In this document: positions 39,645 through 49,699 of the stretch, piece by piece
Position numbering within the stretch: position 1 is the stretch's first letter
Layout: each line of letters opens with the position of its first letter
Assembly (NCBI GenBank): GCA_965112155.1
Contig: OZ218106.1
Origin: Podarcis liolepis
Lineage: Eukaryota
Direction: 5' to 3' (one strand)
Length of the DNA stretch: 64,000 nt
The notes under the pieces: model-generated
The model's database searches: none
Told to the model about the DNA's origin: nothing
The model's input: only the letters and a program-made list of their open reading frames with translations
Program-made: the position numbers and the translations under genes

Positions 39645-40391
39645 TATGAAGGACAATCGTATAAGTTTATCACCTGTGTTTTGTTGCTTGCAGTAATCCC
39701 CTTTGCCTTTTCTGGAACCTACATTCTAGGAATAGTGATACCCCTGATATACAAAATAGATAAGCTCCCAGAGGTCCGTTTGCGTAACAGAAGGGAAGTA
39801 CAATCACCTATTTCTCAATATACAGGGACAGCTATCTCTAGGTCCCTTCTGCCTTCTTTAGGTGCAGCCATGAATTACCGTGATTTGCATAAATTGGCAA
39901 ACTGGACAGAAAATTTGTTTAATTCCACCATTTTGGCTTTAAAAATGATTAACAAAGAAATATCAGAAATAAGAAATGTAGTTCTTCAACATCATTATGC
40001 TTTAGATGTGATCCTTGCTTCTAAAGGTGGAATTTGTGCCTTAATTTATTCTCATTGCTGCATGTATATAACTGATCAATCGACCAATATCTCTGCTACT
40101 ATTGATCATATGGAACAAATGATAGCCCATAATCCTTTGAATCCACCTGAAGGTTTTGATCCATGGGAGTGGTTGTCTTCTTGGTTACCCAATGGAGTAT
40201 GGTTAAGAAAGGTATTATTGATTGTAATTGCATGTGTTGCTGGATTCGTCGTGGTGTGTTGTTGCATTCAATGCATACCCTCTTTGATTTCCCAATGCAC
40301 TGCATGGTGGTACCGACCACGGCCCACCACAGGGGTTACAAGAGGAATTTATGTTGCAAAGTGTAGACGCTTAGGCAATGAAGTGTACTAA
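39645..40391 (+). CDS. env: Env remnant: hydrophobic leader + SU C-terminal stub + complete gamma-type TM subunit (no in-frame ATG before 39870)
   Basis: Furin site RNRR (39783-39794); heptad region; ISD-like LQHHYALDVILASKGGIC; CX6CC (CALIYSHCC); Trp-rich MPER; TM helix; CCC cytoplasmic motif; stop at 40391 just before the PPT. Confidence 0.88.
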   Translation, partial: YEGQSYKFITCVLLLAVIPFAFSGTYILGIVIPLIYKIDKLPEVRLRNRREVQSPISQYTGTAISRSLLPSLGAAMNYRDLHKLANWTENLFNSTILALKMINKEISEIRNVVLQHHYALDVILASKGGICALIYSHCCMYITDQSTNISATIDHMEQMIAHNPLNPPEGFDPWEWLSSWLPNGVWLRKVLLIVIACVAGFVVVCCCIQCIPSLISQCTAWWYRPRPTTGVTRGIYVAKCRRLGNEVY

Positions 40392-40435
40392 GGGTCCCTC
40401 TTTTCCTCTAACAATATAAATAAGAAAAGAGGACA

Positions 40436-40810
40436 TGTGGGAAAATGATTGCTTGTACATGAGAGCATGAGCAAAGTTCTTATTGTTACAGGGTGATCTC
40501 ATAGCTAGAAGCATCCTTGGAGCATGAATAGCGCGTGAACAGCTCGTGCTGTCCCATATGATTGGCTAACGTAGTATGGTCTGATCGCTCGCATGGTTTG
40601 GTACCAAGGTCTTTATCTGCTGGCTAGAACAAATTGCTTGACTTGTATTTTTTGTATCCTTACTTGGCTTGTATCTTTCTGATTTTCATACAATAAAAGC
40701 TGTGCTGCATTAGCCCTAGGAGCTGCCATGTTTCCCTAGGAGCAGCCATAATTCGGAACCTATCTTGGTGTGAGACTGATTTTCTTTGGATGCCGAGCTG
40801 CAACTCGACA
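40436..40810 (+). repeat. 3' LTR
   Basis: Preceded by the purine tract AAGAAAAGAGGA; same sequence as the 5' LTR; followed by the TSD. Confidence 0.97.
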
Positions 40811-42736
40811 CTGTGCTCAGCACTAATGTCTCACAACAAATGAAACTGGTTTATAAGAAAGACTATACAACCTAAAAAAGAGAGACAAGGTATGTACTTT
40901 TGTAGACCAAGCAAATCTCTAATAAAAATTTAAAAAAAAAAATAAAAAGTGCTGAATTGGCTCCTCCAGAGTGTTTGCACCACACTGAAACTAGACAGAA
41001 GGTTGTAAGTTGCCCACCTCTGATCTGAATGGAAAACAGTGTGGTAAAACATCTTTATGTGGCTTTAAAATTTCTCTGTTCTCTTTTCCCTGTTGGATGC
41101 TTTGGAGCAAGTAAGGCTGTGCATCTATCTGAGGCCCCTGGTGCCTGGTTTTAGGCACTCACACAGCGCTGACCAAATTTTGGGACCAGTGAAATTAGCT
41201 TTAGTTTAGAAATGCTTCATATCACAGTACAAAACAGCTCTGTATGACTGAAGCAAGAGACTTGCCTGTAATGGGATGGATGCCTTAAGCACTTACTTTC
41301 CAGAAGAGTGTAATCACCTTATGATCATGTAATTGTGATGCTGTATAATTAACTTTCAATCCTTCTGATATGGATGATTTCCATAATGTTCAAAATTATT
41401 TTCTGCCGTCTTTTAATTTTGTTAATATTCATCAAAACCTAATAATATTTCATTCATTAGGAACTGAGTTGAATGTAGAAGGGGCTGTACATACACATCG
41501 TGTATGATTTGTTTCCCCTGATTTGCCAGCTCTGGGTGCCCAGTAGATGGGATGACTGGTTAAATGTTAAGTATTAAGTTAACAATTTTGGCTGTATTCT
41601 CAGAATGCTGCCAAAGGATGTTGGAGCAAAGTTTGTTTGTTTGTTTGTTTGTTTGTTTGTTTGTTTAAATAGAAATGCTGGGCTCAATACCTGCATAAGT
41701 GCCCTGCCATCTCCTCTGGAAGCAAGTCCAGTTCCTTAACACTGAATACAGTTGTAATTCCTCACTGGAGGAGGAAATACCATTTGCTCAAAGGAACACC
41801 ATTACAGATTATTGCTTAATATTGATTTCTTTAAAGAAGAGCCCCTGATGGAAGGCAGTTTTCTTAATAGATGGCAGAGGGCTTACAATATCAAGATCAC
41901 GGTTTTGGTCTTGGGCTGGATGGAGGCCCCAAGATAAAAACCATATGCCCCTCCCCATCTTTCTAGTTAAGCTTGCACAAGTAGGCATGGTGGTGGGTAC
42001 CATGCCCCTTTCACTTGCTTCTGAACATTTATATAGACTTTAGTTCCAGGTGACTACAGTTTGGAGCGTGCCAAGTCAGAAAGACAGTTGGAGGGAAGGC
42101 TATATAGGTTACTTAGGAACCAATAATGGCAGGACTGCCACCTTCATACCCACCTTGTGCACTTGAAAGTTTCTGACTGACTGCAGCTGGAAACAGGGTA
42201 CCGTTCTGGATGGCCCCTAGGTCCAGCAAGCCTCTTCTTAGGCAGTGTCTACACAACAAAAGCCTGCAGGTTGGTTTGCTGTCAGCAGAGTGCTGATAAG
42301 CAACCTAGTTATGCAATCTGAGCACTGGTGGAAGAGGGTTGTGCACTAATACACAACATCTGCCCCCAATGGTAGCTCAGTTTATCCCTCTGCTATTTGT
42401 TGTCTCATCTGTCGTGCTGGAGTTGGAACTCCAAGCAGTGGAGACACATACAATCTAAATAATTCCTCGGCCTAACCTGTCTTTCAGTACTGCCAGATTC
42501 ACTAGACTGTAATGATGCACAGTTTAAAAGTGGAACGATTCCGACTAAAATAGCACCTTGTTCTGTCTTTGTTTCATCCATGCCAGGACACTGCCCAGTC
42601 CTATGTTAGCTAAAAGGGATAGGCATGTTGGATATGTTCAAAGGAATCCTCAGCTATATTGCCTGTGTTTACACTGATGGTCCACGGGTGCCTTAGAAAT
42701 ATATGAAATAAATAAATGCATGGGGGTTAATTAGGT

Positions 42737-42872
42737 CAGTGTTTCCCAACCTTGGGCCTCCAGCTGTTTTTGAACTACAATTCCCATCATCCCTGACCAC
42801 TGGTCTTGCTAGCTAGGGATGATGGGAGTTGTAGTCCAAAAACAGCTGGAGGCCCAAGGTTGGGAAACACTG
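42737..42872. mobile_element. Palindromic hAT-type MITE
   Basis: Near-perfect inverted repeat over most of its length; 8-bp TSD AATTAGGT. Confidence 0.9.
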
Positions 42873-44919
42873 AATTAGGTTACAGAGCCAAATATTATAT
42901 ATATTGGCAAAACAGGTAAGAAACTACTTGCTCTCCTGCCTTAGTACAAACTCCCTGAGCACAAATGTATTTTGAATGTGTTGACTGACACATCTGCCTG
43001 ACACATAGCAGATGAATTGGAAGGATTGTCCTGACCCTCTCAACTACTGAGATATATCACAAATAAATTAGGGTGGCAGGTTCTTCACTTCCCACCAGTC
43101 CAAAAGATCTCAAGTTTCCCTTGGTGCTTTGGGTTTTCCCTAATGCTGAACTATATTATGCCAGGTTTGAGGGAAAGAGATTAAGCAGGAATAAGAGACT
43201 GTAGGACTTGTCCACCTTGACATATGGGATACCTCATCATAAGAAAACAGGAAGAGTCTTGGTGTATCAGACCAAAGGCCCATCTGGTCTAGCTAGCATC
43301 CTGTTCTCACAGTGGCCAATCAGTTGCCCCAGTGGGAAGCCCACAAGCAGGACCTGAATGCAACAGCATTCTCCCCACCCATGGCTCTAAGCATGGTTAT
43401 TCAAAGCCATATTGTCTCTGGCAGTGGAAGTAGAAAGCAGCCGTTATGGCTTGTATATTCCATGAATTCATCTGATCTTCTTATGAAGCCACCCAAGTGG
43501 GTGGCCATCAATACCCTTTCCACTTTTATCCAATTCAATGCCCCAATCACTTTGTGGGTAGTTTTTACACAGTACAAATTCACAGAGAATAATTCTTGTA
43601 GGAAAAGGTCTACATCCAAAAGAGAATGATGGGAGCACTATATGTGTTGTACATGTTGTCAGGGCTTCTTCTCTATAAGGAAATTTATGGAACTCAGTGG
43701 GTAAAGAATGACAGCAATGCAGCAATGTCAGTACTGATGTGCTCCCTTCCATGGGTGAGACCAGGGTTTATGAAGTGATTGAAATCTGGGTAATAGCTTA
43801 CTGGAAAGGTTTATACAACTAGGAATCCAGAATGCATCTTCACCTACAGAAACAAGGCCAATACAAGACTGTCCCTTCTCTCCTCTGCATCTCTTAGAGA
43901 AGCAGGGCAATCATTGTTTCTACCTGATTCCTGATTAGCAGTTTGCTCACATCCCTTCTCACGCTAAGCATATTCCACTTTCTTTGTCTAAGGTGCTGAA
44001 TGGCTATGAATAGTAAGGACAGACTATCTTTAATTATTTTTTAAATTATTAATGGTTTTGTTAGATCCTTTCACTTTTTACATTATATTTTCACTAATGT
44101 GAGTTAAATAAAAATCTACTTGATGTTTCCAGGGAGTTTCTTCCCTCCTTCCCTCCCATGCATTTTTCATCTTTTCATAACATCAGTTCAAATTCTATGA
44201 GCCATAAAAGTTGGTTTGTGACTCTGAGCAGCGGATACTCGGGTACCACTGATGAATGCAAGAGGGGCTGGGCGATTTGGGGGACTGCTAAAACACACAC
44301 ACCAATACACAAACCTTGATTCCAGCTCATAGCACCGGTTTGATGGTCTTCTTTCCACAGTCCGAAAGAATGTACTGATCGTTCTCTTGCAAGCTTCGAA
44401 ACTCCCTATCACCACCACCAAACTCCCGTTGAGGCAGAGCCTCAGGTCAGGGATATCTAGAATGCCAGAAAGTCAGAAAGGAGTTTAAAGGAGCCCACTG
44501 TGTGTCGCAGGGCAGCGAGCTTTCTAGTCAAACAAAATTGGTTCTACGGAAGACTTCTTTGGAACCCGAAAGCTTGCACTGCCCAGCAGTCTGACTTCTC
44601 CATCCTCGGAACCGTTTGGATGTCTTTAGACTGTCTCACTCCCTGTCGAATTCCTAAGCAAATGAAAAGGCTGCCAAGAAGAATAAGTAAAACAGACTAG
44701 CGGCTAAACTGAAATTCCAGCATAGGGAAGAACCATATATTTGGTGGTAGCCGCGGCGGCGGGGGTGTCCTCTGTTAAAAATCACTTTTATTTTATCTTT
44801 TAGTTATCGGTGAGAAATACTTTGGTCAAGTGCTAAGTGGCTCCGTAAACAAGAGCATGTAAATACTCCCTAGGATTTAGAATGAAGTCCAGTAACCAGT
44901 AGTTTACAAATCCAGCGTG

Positions 44920-44994
<75 letters not shown>
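44920..44994. repeat. Compound microsatellite (GTT)n(GT)n(GA)n
   Basis: Read directly. Other microsatellites: (TAAA)n 2950-2980, (CT)n 15088-15126 and 18030-18080, (GTTT)n 41631-41666. Confidence 0.95.
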
Positions 44995-46581
44995 AGGCAC
45001 CAAGTTTAAATGCATACAATTCAACGCAAACTCTCCCCAGAACACCCGGATAAATTATGCAGAGGGATTTCTGGATTTCTTTCAAGTAATTAAGTTTCGA
45101 TTTCTTGCATTTCTGTTAGTGCCAGGAAGCACAAGGCGCCACGGATTGCAAAAAGCTTCATTGATTGTTCCGTGCCTTAAGTTTGATTTCGTGACTTGAC
45201 TTAACTTCGGGAAAGGTACATTCACCCGCCAGGGGGAAGTCATCAGGGCACTCCGCTCCCACTGCCCCGCCCCTGGTAAGGGAGTCGCTCAGCTTCAACG
45301 TGAGAGCGCCTCTGAACTCGGAGGAACTTGCTTCAGGGCAAACGTCAACAGGAGGACGCTGTAAACGTTGAATATGGCGAAGGTGCTTATAGGGAAATTT
45401 GCTCAGGAAGCGGGGGGGGGGGGTTGGCGGTTGGTCCTTCATACCTGGATTTTGGCTGCAATTTGAGAAGGTAGATATGAGGAGTAACAAAAACACAGGT
45501 GAACTCGTCAGTGTTTAGAGATGGCAAAATAATTTCAGTAATCTGAACTCTGTCCAGGGAGACTAATCATTACGGGTTTCAGCGTAGATTAAATATTAGC
45601 AGAATTTATTCCTTATTTGGCACCTTACAACACGATTCTATGTTTACTCAAAAGTAACCGGCACTGAATTCAGTCGGACATAGTCCCAAGTAACTGTACG
45701 TGGGACTACAGCAGTGCAGTGCAATCCTATGCATGTTTATTTGGAAGCCCCACTGGGGTCAAGTTTACAGCCAAGGAAGCCTGCATAGATTAGAATTGCA
45801 GATTTAGGCTGCAATCCTAAACACACTTCCTTTGAACCCAGTGGGACTTGCATCCGAGCATAATTAATGTGTGTATAACTGCTTCAAAACGTCTTCAAAA
45901 CCTTCCCAGAAAGTCTGTGAAATAGATCGCGATTATACCCATTTATCAGCAGGCGCTCCGAGACTCACTTTGTGGCTCTTCCCACGGCTGCCCAAAAAGT
46001 TCATGGCAGACAAAAGTTCAAACATGAGCCAAGTCCCCCCACCCTCTCTGCCTTGTTGACCATTTCCTACTTGTAAAGGGGGGGGGGGAATGACCTGCCC
46101 GGGAACCTCCAGTGGACCCAATGCTCAGCTTGAACTCGGAGCTCTCCAAGTCCTGTTCAGATCGCAGGTTTTCAACAGGAAGCGGGGAGCTATTCTAAGC
46201 GAGCCTTCGGATTTCCATGCAGAACCAGCAGAACAGACAACGAACAGCTCATTCCTGTTTTCTCGATCTCGGCTATGTTAGGGGTTGGTATCCTGCGAGG
46301 CAACACTTGACCTGAACAAGGTCCGCTCGGTGCTAGTAGAATATTCCAAGTTGTCTTCAGGTAACAGCACCTTGAGAGGATGATTCTGGCCTCAGCGTGA
46401 ACCGGCGTGTTGGCCGAGGTGGTTCTCTTCAGGATTACTCCTGTTTGTGTTTTGTGTGTGTGTGTGTGCGCGCGCGCAAGGAAAGGAGGGAGCGAGGCGG
46501 ATCTCCTGCGGGTTGGAAGGTGGTGCGCTTATTTGCTCTTGTTTCGCACTTGCCAATAGGAAGAGGGAGCGCCGGTCGCGC

Positions 46582-46602
46582 TGCGCTGTCCAGGGTCCTG
46601 AA
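46582..46602 (-). promoter_or_regulatory. RE1/NRSE (REST binding site) upstream of POU4F2
   Basis: Minus strand reads TTCAGGACCCTGGACAGCGCA, with canonical spacing. Confidence 0.7.
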
Positions 46603-49600
46603 GCTCCTTCCAAAGTTCTCCCTCACGCCAGGCAGAGACTCCCGAGCGCAGCTCTGACTCTTTCACTTAACCAGCCAGTAACTGTCATCACCTGGCAGCC
46701 GTGCCGCGCAACATTCCTCCCCATAGGATTGCCGGTGTTAGGCAAAGAAAACGAGCAAATTATTTGAATAAATCATCTCAGAGCAGGTTTGTTGACTGGG
46801 AAAGCCGGGCTGAGCGGGGTGGGGGGAGGCAGCGGCGGAGGAACATTCCCGTGCACTAAAATAAAACTGGAGGTGCTAAGCAATGTGTGTTCATTAATAT
46901 AAAACAGGGAGGGCATCGGACAGCCGCATTTTCGATAAATAACTGCCCTGGTCATAACCGAACTCTCTATTCCTTGCTGAAAAACAAAGGCAGGACTTCC
47001 TAAAGTATAGCCTGCATCTTAATGGATTAAAATTTCATCCGGCGCATTAGGTTCGGTAAAATATGAATGTGTTGCTTTAAATTTTAATCATAAATCAGAG
47101 CAGGGATACATGAGAGGCGACAGTGATTTCTCCCCAGATGTCTGCGTGGGTCAGGCAATGAAAGGGGGACTCTAATTTTATTTAGGCAAGTCCATTTGTG
47201 CGCAGAGCCTGCAGGAAGACTAATGGCTTTGGAAGGCTTGCGAAGGCAGCCTTGCGCTGGTACCCGAGGGCTTGACGCTGCTCTGGGACAGCTGCATTTC
47301 ACATCTGTCTGAGGCCAGTCGGTGGCAGAAGCTGCTGCTAGACAAAGAGGCCTCCAAATCCAGAAGCGCCCAAAGACTCTCTGATGTGGGGAACTCAACC
47401 TAATTTCCTGCTTGGCGTTTAAAAATAATAACATCTTCAACATGCAGAACAACATATTCCTGTTGGAAGGCAAACTGTTAAGTCGTGAATACGTCGTCAG
47501 TTCAATACCAATCAGGTTCATGATGAGACAACAGTCGCCTCTTTAGACCTCCGAATTCTCCTACAACTCTGTTTTCTCATGACTATCCAAGGGAACCTTT
47601 CCCAAGCATTTGACATCCCATCCAACGAACAATTTCCCACTGATCTTAGAGAGGCCAGGAGTCAGGACTCGACCCTTTCACAGAGGTCAAAGTGCAAACT
47701 GCAACATTACATTATATGGTGCGCATCTATTCCAGAGTATTTTGTGGTGACTAAGAGATTTTAAAATGTCTGGTGCAAGGTTAGCACCTTGTTTACGTTG
47801 TCCGCTTTTGCCTGACTTTTGTCACGTGGGCTTGAAGGAAGCTATATGAATGGTGACTTAGGCTTTTTGTTTCTTTCTATGTGTTTTCTCACAGAGGAAA
47901 AAAGGGCTTATAGCTACATATCAGAACTACAGACGAATCTATGTTTAATGACAAGAGTTCCATTCCCGAGCAGAATTGGGCGGCTTAAGTCTCATTTGCT
48001 TCAGTAGGATTTGTCCCCCCAACGATACACAGGATAGCAGGCAATATAGGTCACATACTGTTGAGGGGAGAAGGTTTTGCTGAAAAGAGCGTGAATGACT
48101 AATCTACATTAGTATCGCGGATTTAGTAATTTCCCTTCTGCCCAGACCTTTGGAAAAGGAGGCCTTGGAGACTGCAGTGTTTAAATAATCTTAGCTAAAC
48201 GTAGCACCAAACAAACTTTGCCCACTTATTTCACGAGTGTTCCCTTTATTTCATTAATATATTATAATCCCTTATTTACCATAGGAAGTGGTGACAAGTG
48301 TTTAGCATTTTGGAGATCAGTTGTCAGTTGCTATTAAAATCAAGATTAATTCATATTAACGATATGCATTCTCAGTTCTCCCATGTGACAGCATACATTA
48401 AAACAACTAGTGCAAGTAATTAAACCCAATACAGGGGGTTAAATATTTTTAAAAGAGGGTTTTTAAACTCAAAGTTCACTTGAGAGCTAAGTATTAAATT
48501 GAGAATGCCCTGTTAATTATATGTTAGAAAATTAGAAGATAATTTGATTTGAGGTCTATTTGGCTGATTTGTGGGAAGCATAATTGCCCTCAGCCTTTGT
48601 TTTTAATTTTCAATAGTATCCTGAAATGCAATGTTAAACAGCTATTGCTTGCTTAGGATTCCTCGACCTGTAACACAAGTATGGAATATGACTGGCCAAT
48701 CCAAAGGCTGATGGCTAGAGAAACCTGCTTTCCACCTCTGTCCTTCAACTGTCCCTTGTAAACTTCTTTCAATGAAAATACAAAAATATTATCTACAGAT
48801 CTTTTTATTAGGCGTTTGAGATGCTCAATAGTTTAGACTAATTAGACAAGCCAAAAGCCTTTTGAAGATTAAGCAAATTGGACAACCCTTGTTAATTAGA
48901 ACATAATTTAAAGTTTGAAATTATATCACTGATGAAGTAGCCTAATTAGTATGACGATATGTTAATGGCCTACCGAGACAGCCCTGTGGAGGGCTGACAT
49001 GAACTCCTTAAAGGCTTGCAAGAATCTGCTCCCTTTCTATGTTGCCATTAATAAAAGATTTCTATAGACTTCAGCCTTTCAACGGTTACATACAATTTAT
49101 AGTACACACAATGCATTAGCCCATAGTGCTGCTCCGTGGTTTGCTCTTTTTTTTTTTTTACTATTATGAAAACTAATAAATTCGTCAAGCTGAATTAAGC
49201 ATACAAATCAGATGAGGCATAACAGATTACATATTGAAGCGCTGTGTCTCCCGAGCCTAAATGAAATTTCAATCTAATAATTCCTTCCTGGCCCGGCCAT
49301 AATTTGTTTAGAGATGTTGTTCCACTCCTTTCCAAGCGCTGTTCGCACAATAATTAAATGATACTCAAGCTTTTAACTTTGATTTATTTCATTTCTCTGA
49401 GCTGGCGACAGTGAGAGCTGATACAATGGATTTTTATTATTATTATTATTATTTCCCTGAAAATTACGAAGCCTATCGTTTGGGGTGAGAAACCTGCTGG
49501 AGCCGCCTAGTGTAAAATTAAGGCACACAAAAGGGCCAGCTGTATTGAAATAAGTCACTCAGCAGCCTTCTCCCCCTCTCTTTTACACACTCACCCACCC

Positions 49601-49699
49601 ACACCTATATATATTTTAAATATGAAACCCATCCATCATAAAACTGACAGAGCCAAGGAACTGGCTGGGCTCAGAACATCATGCGGCTTTGGGTGGCAC

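Larger units (their letters stand above)
36647..40810 (+). mobile_element. Endogenous retrovirus: internally deleted, non-autonomous, betaretrovirus-like (ERV2) provirus with gamma-type env
   Basis: Two 375-bp TG...CA LTRs; 6-bp TSD CTGTGC (36641-36646 / 40811-40816); PBS at 37024; polypurine tract before 40436; gag, pol remnant and env TM inside. Confidence 0.97.
35330..40948 (+). mobile_element. Degenerate 5'-truncated L1-clade LINE (ORF2 3' end + 3' UTR + poly(A)), interrupted by the ERV
   Basis: C-terminal zinc-knuckle remnant CWRGC...GTNFHIW*EC at about 35982-36036; fragmented ORF2-like frames; A-rich tail with AATAAA at 40920-40948 resuming after the ERV TSD. Confidence 0.8.

Noticed and set aside
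45858-45868. GCATAATTAAT, close to the POU4 consensus
   Set aside because: Lies at the edge of an old palindromic repeat (GCAATCCTA...GGGACTT family), so a chance match cannot be excluded.
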